This document shows, piece by piece, positions 38,476 through 47,141 of a stretch of DNA of 64,000 bases; position 1 is the first letter of the stretch; every line of letters begins with the position of its first letter. The stretch comes from a candidate division FCPU426 bacterium (GTDB lineage: Bacteria; Oederibacteriota; PGYV01; Palsa-1178), in assembly GCA_963840035.1 (NCBI GenBank), contig CAWIXE010000001.1, positions 64,001 to 128,000 on the forward strand, in the 5' to 3' direction. Under the pieces are notes generated by a model. That model was given only the letters and a program-made list of their open reading frames with translations. It searched no databases and was not told the origin of the DNA. A program made the position numbers and the translations under genes.

Positions 38476-39056
38476 GATTTTTCACCCATCATTTTTATAA
38501 GTTTCTTTTTAAGGCTTTCCCTCGCGCGGGAAAGCTTTGACTTCACGCTTCCCAGAGGCATTTTAAGCACCGCGCTTATTTCCTCGTACTCGAGCCCCTG
38601 CATGTCCCGCAGTATTAATATGTTCCTTGAATCCTCGTCAAAACCTTCCATGGCCAGGTTTATCATCCTGCGGGACTCTTCCGCTTCCAGCTGGTCGTCC
38701 ACGCCGGATTTTTTATCCCTTATGTCTATTTCAATCTTTCCTGTTTCTTCGTCGCCGTGTATGGACTCGGTATCAAAGTAGTGGCGCCTGTTTAAGGCAT
38801 CCAGCCTGTTTATGCACATGTTCACAGCCACCCTGTAGAGCCATGTCGAGAACTTTGATTTGTGCTCAAAACTTTTAATGTTTGAGTAAGCCGCGCAGAA
38901 GACTTCCTGCGCCATATCCAGGGCCTCCTCGGAGTTGCGCATGTACTTTAAGCACAGCCCCGCGATTACCTGCCTGTATGCGGTGATGATCCTGTCAAAA
39001 GCCCCCCTGTCGCCTGCCTGGGCTTTACGGACGAGTTCCGCGTCAATTTCCTGCAT
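38472..39056 (-). CDS. ECF RNA polymerase sigma factor (RpoE/SigW-like)
   Basis: DMAQEVF, FSTWLYRVAVN, LEYEEIS..GSVKSKLSRAR. Confidence 0.93.
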   Translation of the reverse strand: MQEIDAELVRKAQAGDRGAFDRIITAYRQVIAGLCLKYMRNSEEALDMAQEVFCAAYSNIKSFEHKSKFSTWLYRVAVNMCINRLDALNRRHYFDTESIHGDEETGKIEIDIRDKKSGVDDQLEAEESRRMINLAMEGFDEDSRNILILRDMQGLEYEEISAVLKMPLGSVKSKLSRARESLKKKLIKMMGEKS

Positions 39057-39073
39057 CGTTCTCCCTCATAACA

Positions 39074-39102
39074 TTAGTCAGATTATGTTGCAAAAAAGTT
39101 CC
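39074..39102 (-). promoter_or_regulatory. Candidate autoregulatory ECF promoter
   Basis: GGAACT-N14-TCTGACTAA directly upstream of the sigma gene. Confidence 0.7.
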
Positions 39103-39515
39103 AATAAAAAATTGAAGATAGTGGATTTAAGATTGCGGATTAATAAAAGACCTAAAAATGCCTTTTTATCAGGTTTTGGTATATTAATCCGCAATCCCCA
39201 ATCAACAATCTTCAATGGTTTTCCCTAACCCTCAGTATTATATAAGGAAAGCCGCTTCTTTTCAAGAATAAACCGCTTTACCTTCCTTATATATACAGGA
39301 TGCCCTTTAAGGGTTATTTATATCTAATATCGCATATCCAATATTCCCCGTTTCGCTTGGCGGAACAAGGCATTAAAATTATCCTTTTAACCTGAATATG
39401 TTTATGTTAAGATATTGGAACTATTAGTCATAATTTGGATATCAATAGTGCTATTAGACGCGCTTATATCTAATATCTAACCGCGCATATCCGAAATACT
39501 ATCAGGAGGATTTTG

Positions 39516-42077
39516 ATGAAATTTAAAGAGTTTAACGTAGTACCGAACCTGCCGGAGAAGCTCAAACCGCTTTTAAGCCTGGCAAGCAACATATGGTGGG
39601 CATGGGACGCCGAAGCTTTTGGCCTTTTCAGGGACATTGACTCTGACCTGTGGTCCGAGACCTCCCATAACCCTGTAAAACTCCTTTATAACGCGTCACA
39701 GGAGAAGCTCAACCAGCTCGCTGCTGACGAGGGTTTCCTCTTCAGGATAGACAGCGTCATAAAACGCCGCGACCAGTATATTTCCAGGCCGTCGTGGTAC
39801 GACAAAGTAAAAAAATCAATGCCTGACGATTTCCTTATAGCTTACTTTTCAGCGGAATACGGCCTTGCAGAGTGCCTTCCTGTGTATTCAGGCGGCCTTG
39901 GCGTATTATCAGGCGACCATTTAAAGTCAGCCTCTGACCTCGGCCTTCCTTTTATAGCGGTCGGCCTTTTATACGGACAGGGCTATTTCCACCAGTATTT
40001 AACAAGCGAGGGCTGGCAGCAGGAACGCTATGTCAACCACGATTACCACATCGCCCCTATAGCCCTTATTAAGGATAAAAATAACCAGCCTATAATCCTT
40101 TCCATACAAATGCCCCACGCCAATGTAAAATTCCAGCTGTGGAAAGTATCGGTTGGCCGCATATCGCTGTATCTGATGGACACGAACATACCGGAAAACA
40201 CCCCGGCAGACCGCGAGATTACCGCTCTTTTATACGGCGGCGACACGGATATGAGGATCAAACAGGAATACCTTCTTGGCATAGGCGGCATGATAGCTTT
40301 AACCGCCTTGAACCTAAACCCCACGGTAACACACATGAACGAAGGACATTCGGCATTCTTAGCCCTCGAACGCACAAAAATGTTCATGCACAATAAGGGC
40401 ATGTCGTTCGCGGAAGCGCGCGAGGCAGTGGCCGGGTCTTCAATGTTTACCACACACACGCCTGTTCCTGCCGGAAACGACCGCTTTACATATGACGTCA
40501 TGGAAAAATACTTCAAGGCATATGTGGAACAAAATTTAAAGATACCTTTTAACGACTTCTTCAGGATGGGCCGCGTAAACCCGGACGACGAGAACGAAAC
40601 GTTCTGCGTCACCGTACTCGCCCTTAAAATGTCAGACTTTAATAACGGCGTCTCAAAACTCCACGGCCACGTATCGCGCGACATGTGGAAAGACATATGG
40701 AAAGGCGTGCCTTTGGATGAAGTGCCCATCACGCACATCACAAACGGAATCCACATGAATTCCTGGATATCAAAGGAAATGGCTGATTTATTCATGCGCT
40801 ACCTCGGCACGCGCTGGGTTGACGCTCCGGACGACCATACCATCTGGTCAAGGATCAGCGAAATACCCGACACAGAACTTTGGAGGACGCACGAGCGCAG
40901 GAAAGAACGCCTTGTGGCCTTTGTCCGCAGGACGCTGAAGAAATCCCTTAAAGGACGCGGCGCCACAAAGGAAGAGCTCGACAGGACAAACGAGATATTG
41001 AACCCGGAAATACTCACAATAGGTTTTGCCAGAAGGTTTGCCACTTACAAAAGGGGCACGCTTATATTCAGGGACATAGAGCGCATCAAAAAGATACTTT
41101 CAAACAAGGAAATGCCGGTGCAGATCATATTTGCCGGAAAAGCCCACCCCAAGGACAATATGGGCAAGGATTTCATCAAACAGGTATATCAGATAGCCCA
41201 GAAGGAAGAGTTCCGCAACAACATAGTTTTTGTCGAGGACTACGACCTTCACACGGCGCATTACCTGGTACAGGGCGTTGACGTATGGCTCAATAACCCG
41301 ATAAGGCCGCTTGAGGCCTCGGGCACCTCCGGAATGAAAGTAAACTTCAACGGCGGATTGAACTGCTCGATTCTTGACGGCTGGTGGGACGAGAAATCAG
41401 AGGACGACAACGGCTGGAACATAGGCCGCGGCGAGGAATACGAGGACCCGGAATACCGCGACAGCGTGGAAGCCAGCCAGTTATATGACATCCTCGAAAC
41501 AGACATGGTCCCGCTTTATTACAAGCGCGGCAAAGACGGCCTCCCGCATGACTGGGTCAAGAAAATGAAGACCTCCATGCAGACTCTCTGCCCTGTTTTC
41601 AACACCAACAGGATGGTCATGGAATACACGGAAAAGTTCTACATCCCGGGCGGACAGCAGTTTTTCAACCTCTCGGCCAATAACTTTGCCAAGGCAAGGG
41701 GCCTGGCAAAGTGGAAGGAAGAACTGCGCAAGAACTGGAACGGCGTAAAGGTAAACCAGATATCAGCCGAAACAACAGGCGACATAAAAGTAGGCACTTC
41801 CATAAAAGTGCAGGCCATGATAGACGGCTCATGGTTAAAACACGAGGACCTGCTTGTGGAGATATACTACGGCTACTCAAGGGGCAAGAAAGACCTGGAA
41901 TGCACGGCAGCCGTAAAGATGGAATACAAAGGCAACAGGGACAAGGATTTCATCTTTGAAGGCTTGATAAAAACAGAAGCCTCCGGAACGATAAACTACA
42001 CAGTAAGGGTCCTCCCGAAAAACGGGGACCTAAACGTAAAGTTCCAGCCAAACATGATAAAGTGGAGTGAAGTATAA
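39516..42077 (+). CDS. glgP: Alpha-glucan (glycogen) phosphorylase
   Basis: YSGGLGVL, HMNEGH, ARRFATYKR, EASGTSGMK PLP site. Confidence 0.96.
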   Translation: MKFKEFNVVPNLPEKLKPLLSLASNIWWAWDAEAFGLFRDIDSDLWSETSHNPVKLLYNASQEKLNQLAADEGFLFRIDSVIKRRDQYISRPSWYDKVKKSMPDDFLIAYFSAEYGLAECLPVYSGGLGVLSGDHLKSASDLGLPFIAVGLLYGQGYFHQYLTSEGWQQERYVNHDYHIAPIALIKDKNNQPIILSIQMPHANVKFQLWKVSVGRISLYLMDTNIPENTPADREITALLYGGDTDMRIKQEYLLGIGGMIALTALNLNPTVTHMNEGHSAFLALERTKMFMHNKGMSFAEAREAVAGSSMFTTHTPVPAGNDRFTYDVMEKYFKAYVEQNLKIPFNDFFRMGRVNPDDENETFCVTVLALKMSDFNNGVSKLHGHVSRDMWKDIWKGVPLDEVPITHITNGIHMNSWISKEMADLFMRYLGTRWVDAPDDHTIWSRISEIPDTELWRTHERRKERLVAFVRRTLKKSLKGRGATKEELDRTNEILNPEILTIGFARRFATYKRGTLIFRDIERIKKILSNKEMPVQIIFAGKAHPKDNMGKDFIKQVYQIAQKEEFRNNIVFVEDYDLHTAHYLVQGVDVWLNNPIRPLEASGTSGMKVNFNGGLNCSILDGWWDEKSEDDNGWNIGRGEEYEDPEYRDSVEASQLYDILETDMVPLYYKRGKDGLPHDWVKKMKTSMQTLCPVFNTNRMVMEYTEKFYIPGGQQFFNLSANNFAKARGLAKWKEELRKNWNGVKVNQISAETTGDIKVGTSIKVQAMIDGSWLKHEDLLVEIYYGYSRGKKDLECTAAVKMEYKGNRDKDFIFEGLIKTEASGTINYTVRVLPKNGDLNVKFQPNMIKWSEV

Positions 42078-42236
42078 TAAAAGGTTCACCTACCTCTCCC
42101 CTCCCCTTATTCCATAAGGGGAGGGTCAGGGTGGGGATCAAGGTTTAAGACTTAAGGTCTAAGTTCTAAAATCTAAGGATAAGAATAAGGGTAAGGGTTA
42201 AGGAAGGTCAGAATCTAACGTCGGAGGGGAAAACAC

Positions 42237-42620
42237 ATGGCAATGCGCTCACCTAAGGAAATGAAAATGCACGATACCATCATCAGATCGCTGGCCGGAA
42301 TTTATGAATCAAAGAACGCCCAGCAGGTCATGACAAACCTGGAAAAACAGGACGCGGTCATCAAAGGTGTCTCCGTTGACGTGATAGTAAAAAATCCCAT
42401 CACCTACATCTTCAAAGTGGAAACCGACACCTCGGTCACCGAGGGAGAAGCCATAGCCTGGAAAGGCATTTCAGACCAGCTGGGCACATTCTTCCTGCTG
42501 ATCCCGGAGCCGCTGAAAGCGGAAGCAAACAGGATCCTGGCAAAAGTGGGCCTTAAAAACGTAAGGCTGTGCTACTACAAAATAGCGGACAACAAACTGA
42601 AGTTCATAAACCTGCCGTAA
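42237..42620 (+). CDS. Hypothetical protein whose 3' end is reiterated downstream
   Basis: 127-aa ORF, GGAGG RBS, terminator at 42638..42666. Confidence 0.8.
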   Translation: MAMRSPKEMKMHDTIIRSLAGIYESKNAQQVMTNLEKQDAVIKGVSVDVIVKNPITYIFKVETDTSVTEGEAIAWKGISDQLGTFFLLIPEPLKAEANRILAKVGLKNVRLCYYKIADNKLKFINLP

Positions 42621-42865
42621 TCAAAACCTAATATGCCAAAGGCCGCGTGATAACGCGGCCTTTTTTGTTACCTGCGCCTTTTAACTTGTAGGGGTGATTC
42701 ATGTATCACTCGTTTTAAAACACCGACGAAATACCACCCTAAAAAATATAACTCTTTGAAATTATTATTTTGCAGATTTGCTATTTAAAACATAAAAAGT
42801 ACCTGTTAAAAAAAATAATCGCTATTGTTACTCCAAGATTCCAAGCCATTATAGTTTTGATTTCT

Positions 42866-43150
42866 TCATTCGATGACGATAAATCCTGCATGGCTAAATA
42901 TGAATTGTATTTTTAGCCCGGCTTTTCCTCTAATTATGGCGAATTCGCCATAATTAGAATCAGGGTTATTTATACTCTCCCAAATGCCTAAAAACTCCAC
43001 TGTATTCCTGTTCCTTAACCAATCGGATATAAAAAAATCACCTTCTTTGGCTCTTAACATGTCTGTAAGCGATATATAATCCTCATTGCCGGATTTAATA
43101 ATTGATATTTTAACGCCTTTAACCAATATTGTTTTCTTCATTTTCATCAT
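42866..43150 (-). pseudogene. Truncated KilA-N domain protein
   Basis: DYISLTDM..WLRNRNTVEFLGIWE..NP..NYGEF then an early end; consensus TTGACA-N16-TATAAT promoter at 43188..43215. Confidence 0.7.
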
Positions 43151-43231
43151 CGCCCCCCTGACATAGGTGTATGCTTTTATGCAAATAATTATACATTATG
43201 TATACTTATTGTCAAGCATATGAGGATTGGG

Positions 43232-43432
43232 GTTATTGTATATAATCGTGTGTAAATTCATATTCGCTTATATTAAACGTGTTAATTTTCTTCTACCACT
43301 GCTCCCCCTCTCCTCTTAGGAGAGGGGCTGGGGTGAGGTGAAACCAATTGTCTTATTCCCCTCACCCTACCCTCTCCCAAGGGGAGAGGGAAAAAAGAAC
43401 AAAACAATTTACACACAATTCTTGACAATATC
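43232..43432. mobile_element. MITE 3 with IS256-like ends
   Basis: TIR GTTATTGTATATAATCGTGTGTAAA / TTTACACACAATTCTTGACAATATC; perfect 9-bp TSD AGGATTGGG; right half nearly identical to MITE 2. Confidence 0.8.
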
Positions 43433-43503
43433 AGGATTGGGATTGCGGTAGGTTTGCTTGTTTCAATGATATTTAAACCTAATCCAACATTAAGCCGCAG
43501 CAA

Positions 43504-43648
43504 GCGGCGGCTCTACAAAAATCGGTGTGTGCGGTGGGTGTTTGAACTGTCTATAGTATGCTTGCTTCAATGCCATGAATAAGCGCAGGCCGGTGGAACG
43601 CAGGCCTGCGACTACTAAATCGTTGCCTTCGGGCCGCCACAAAGGCGG
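43504..43648. repeat. Dispersed ~150-bp REP-containing repeat, copy A
   Basis: Shares GCGGCGGCTCTAC and CGCAGGCCTGCGACTAC blocks with 45344..45492 and 46917..47077. Confidence 0.7.
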
Positions 43649-43650
43649 AC

Positions 43651-43750
43651 CTGTGCTACTACAAGATAGCGGATAACAAACTGAAGTTCATAAACCTCCC
43701 GTAATCAAAACCTAATATACCAAAGGCCGCGTGAAAACGCGGCCTTTTTT
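43651..43750 (+). pseudogene. Displaced 3' end plus terminator of gene 42237..42620 (copy 2)
   Basis: Aligns with 42567..42666; encodes LCYYKIADNKLKFINLP*. Confidence 0.85.
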
Positions 43751-43752
43751 AT

Positions 43753-44874
43753 TTATTCATACTTCATCACTGTTGCTTTTAAACCCAATGCCCCGTCTCC
43801 GAATATCACATATGGCACTGAATTATAGGTATAGAATCCGACGCTTTCAACACCCGAATGCTCAGCAAAATCCGTCCTGCCCACATCAACCCAGTTGTTG
43901 TTGACAAGCTTCATCACCATTACCCTGCGTATGGTTGTAGTCGTATACCTCTGGGATTCGCCGTAACAGTATAATGTGCCGTTGTCATTAAATATGCCCG
44001 CGTCTGTACCGTTGTATGATATGTCGGATGATATGCCTCTGGCCCCCACATACTGCCATGAACCGCCTTCGTATTTCATGACCGTCATCTTTTGGTCCCC
44101 TGATATCATGTCGGGAAAAGCGACATATGGCACTGTCCCGACAAATGTAAGGTCCGTCATATATGCGACATCCGGCGTAAACCCGGCTGCCCCGATATTT
44201 TGCCATGCTCCGGTAACCAATTTGACCAGTGAGCCGTGGTTGCCCTGCGCCATATCCATAAAGTTCACGTAGGGCACACCCGATTCAAAGGCGAGGGAAG
44301 GATTTCTGGCCCCTGTGATATCAGGCCCCACCTGTGTCCATGAACTCCCGTTAAATGTCATTACCCTGGCTATGTTTGTGGTGTTGTCAGCAAACGCTAC
44401 ATACAATATGTTATTGTCCGCACAAAAAGATACCGCACCTATATCGCCTGTGGCAAACCTCGCTGCTCCGGCTGCGCTCCAAGCTGAGCCGCTGTATTTC
44501 ATAACAGTTACACCGGCCGTGGCCTGGCTCATATCACTGAACGCGACATATATCTCTCCCGAACATTTCAGCAGCTTGGGGAACCTTCCCACGGCAAAAC
44601 CCGATGGACCCAACGCAGCCCATGATGTCCCGTTAAACTCCATTACTGTTACGTTATCGGGAGTCGGCCTCGGAGATGGAAACGAGGAAAAAGCAGCGTA
44701 TATCTGGCCGTTATCAATAAGAAGCGCCGGCGACACATATGTATCCGTGGGTGAAAACCCGGCCGTTCCTACGAGCTTCCAGTCCACAGTGGATAACGGC
44801 GCTGTCGGAATCTTTTTTGAACAAGCGCATAATAAGACCAGCATAACAGCAAATACTAATATTATTTTTTTCAT
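43753..44874 (-). CDS. Lipoprotein with beta-propeller-like repeats
   Basis: Lipobox LCAC; repeated VMK(Y/F)xGxxWxxVG and PYVAFxD units. Confidence 0.85.
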   Translation of the reverse strand: MKKIILVFAVMLVLLCACSKKIPTAPLSTVDWKLVGTAGFSPTDTYVSPALLIDNGQIYAAFSSFPSPRPTPDNVTVMEFNGTSWAALGPSGFAVGRFPKLLKCSGEIYVAFSDMSQATAGVTVMKYSGSAWSAAGAARFATGDIGAVSFCADNNILYVAFADNTTNIARVMTFNGSSWTQVGPDITGARNPSLAFESGVPYVNFMDMAQGNHGSLVKLVTGAWQNIGAAGFTPDVAYMTDLTFVGTVPYVAFPDMISGDQKMTVMKYEGGSWQYVGARGISSDISYNGTDAGIFNDNGTLYCYGESQRYTTTTIRRVMVMKLVNNNWVDVGRTDFAEHSGVESVGFYTYNSVPYVIFGDGALGLKATVMKYE

Positions 44875-44958
44875 ATGCCCTCCCTTATATCGTACAATAT
44901 TTAGACGCTTTTCCCCTGAAAATCGGTTACGTAATTATACCACTAATTTGACATATTA

Positions 44959-45208
44959 AAACAGACACCTCAGTCACCGAGGGCAAAGCCATAGCCTGGA
45001 AGTAAGGCATCTCAGACCAGCTCGGCGCATTCTTCCTGCTGGTACCGGAGCCGCTGAAGGCTGAGGCAAACAGGATCCTGACAAAAGTTGGGCTTAAGAA
45101 CGTCATGCTGTGCTGCTACAAGATAGCGGATAACAAACTGAAGTTCATAAATATCCCGTAATCAAAACCTAAAATACCAAAGGCCGCGTGATAATGCGGC
45201 CTTTTTTT
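44959..45208 (+). pseudogene. Displaced 3' half plus terminator of gene 42237..42620 (copy 3)
   Basis: Aligns with 42421..42666, mostly synonymous changes, 3-nt insertion creating an in-frame TAA. Confidence 0.87.
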
Positions 45209-45343
45209 ATTCCTTCTGCCTTTGAATTCGTAGGGGCGATTCACGAATCGCCCGCCTTTGAATTTGCTTTTGTATAAATACGGTAGTCGCACCCTCTACG
45301 TACCATCGGGGTGCGTACACGGTTGCGTAGGCTTTCTATATTT

Positions 45344-45492
45344 TGCTTGCTTCAATACCTTGAATAGGCGCAGGCTGTTCGATACGTATATGGCATGAGA
45401 ATATTATAGGACTCATGACATATACCGGTGGAACGCAGGCCTGCGACTACTAAATCACTGTCTTCGGGCCGACACACAGGTCGGCCCCTACA
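45344..45492. repeat. Dispersed REP-containing repeat, copy B
   Basis: Near-identical to 46970..47077; ends in GGGCCGAC..GTCGGCCCCTAC hairpin. Confidence 0.7.
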
Positions 45493-45542
45493 AGGTATTA
45501 ATTGTAAATCTATCTTTCAATATCTGATTGCACATGCTATCT

Positions 45543-46811
45543 CTACGGCTTATTCCATCCTATCCCTACATTGTTGCCAAAAATATCGTGGTATGACACA
45601 TCTATAGAGACTACGCTGCTCCATGCTATGGATTGGTTCGTAAGCGTATGCGACGTGGCTGTTTTGGCAAGCGTTGGAGAATCATACAGCTGATAATACA
45701 CCGGGTTGCCCGTATTTCCCGGGTCCGCGGAAACCGTCAGGAAAACGTCACCTATGACCGCCAGCGGGTCAACTGTGGAGGACCCGTCGCTGAGCTTATA
45801 TTCCCAGGTTATCTTATTTATGGTGCCGTTCCCGTTAAGGTATACGGTCGGAATGGGTATTGCCAGATATTTGACTATATCTGCCTCGCTCGCCACATTG
45901 AATGTGAGGGTTTTTGTCTTATAAGATACCGTATAAACCCCCGCGGGCGGCAGTACGGGCGAGGGAACTGCAGGTGAATAGTATGTCTTCATATAGTCCT
46001 GGGTGCCGGCGTAAAATTCGCTTGATACCGACTCAATTCCCGAACCGGCTGCGCCGCTGAAACCTATAGAGGCGGGAAAGTTCTTGTCCGAGTCGAATAT
46101 TTTAATTCCCAGTCTGTAATAGGCGGGACTTACGGGAGGTGAAAACACAGGCGTAAGACCGGAACCGAAATTTCCCGCGTTCACCGAATACAACATGGTA
46201 TAGGTATAAAACCTGCCATTTACAACGTCCACAACGCCGTCCCCATCCGCGTCCGGCGCTTTAAGGGCCGCGCCCAGAGGGCCGTTGCTGAAAGCATAGG
46301 ACGATATGTCGCCGGCCGTCATGGGTATTTCGTTGCCGATGGGATTATGGCCGGGTTCCACGATCGTTCCGTTGGAAGACAGTGTCTGAAGGTCTATGGA
46401 ATTGGATCCGCTTTCAAGCATGTTCAAAGGCAGTGATTCAACCCCGCTGCCCAGGGTCAGGTATCCGAGATAGCTCCCGCCGTCGCCGATGAATATAAGC
46501 CCCGCTGGCCAGCCTTCCTGAGCGTTCACCTGAAAACCGCCGTTAACAACGTCAAACAAAAGAAAGGAACCGGTGGTTATAACCGCCACCTTTTTTACAA
46601 GCGTATAATCCAGCGCATAAGCGACGGACTCCCCGAGCAGTGAGGCTAAAAATCCGGAGATTGAAATGCCATTAGCGTTGACACCGCCCGTAAAGTTCCC
46701 CTTTATTGTAACGCTGGAACTGTTTGCCCGCGGAGCAGTCGGGGCGTTTTTGCATGACACAAAACAAAGACAGACGCATAAAAAAAACACTGATACAAAT
46801 ATTTTTTTCAT
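45543..46811 (-). CDS. Hypothetical lipoprotein
   Basis: Lipobox FVSC; GGGAGG RBS; DADGDGVVD Ca-binding-like motif. Confidence 0.82.
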   Translation of the reverse strand: MKKIFVSVFFLCVCLCFVSCKNAPTAPRANSSSVTIKGNFTGGVNANGISISGFLASLLGESVAYALDYTLVKKVAVITTGSFLLFDVVNGGFQVNAQEGWPAGLIFIGDGGSYLGYLTLGSGVESLPLNMLESGSNSIDLQTLSSNGTIVEPGHNPIGNEIPMTAGDISSYAFSNGPLGAALKAPDADGDGVVDVVNGRFYTYTMLYSVNAGNFGSGLTPVFSPPVSPAYYRLGIKIFDSDKNFPASIGFSGAAGSGIESVSSEFYAGTQDYMKTYYSPAVPSPVLPPAGVYTVSYKTKTLTFNVASEADIVKYLAIPIPTVYLNGNGTINKITWEYKLSDGSSTVDPLAVIGDVFLTVSADPGNTGNPVYYQLYDSPTLAKTATSHTLTNQSIAWSSVVSIDVSYHDIFGNNVGIGWNKP

Positions 46812-46916
46812 AATGCCTCCCTTTAGATCTCGAGCATATTATATACCTTTTAATCTGTTATTTCCATAAAGGTTTACAGCCGTAAACTTCGACTGATATG
46901 ATTTTTTTATTTGAGC

Positions 46917-47077
46917 GCGGCGGCTCTACCAAAAGGTGTGTGCGGCGGGTGTTTGAACTGTCAATAGTTTGGCTTCCTTCAATACCTTGAATAGGCGCAG
47001 GCCGTTCGATACGTATATGGCATGAGAATATTATAGGACTCATGACATCTACCGGTGGAGCGCAGGCCTGCGACTAC
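46917..47077. repeat. Dispersed REP-containing repeat, copy C
   Basis: Aligns with copies A and B. Confidence 0.7.
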
Positions 47078-47141
47078 AAAAAAACAAAGCCGCTGCCCCA
47101 ACAGTGTCTTAATTGTAAATCGTAAATTGTAAATAGTAAAT

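Noticed and set aside
42237..47077. Integron or prophage
   Set aside because: No integrase, attC-like sites or phage genes; cassette borders are host-gene 3' duplicates and REP-like repeats
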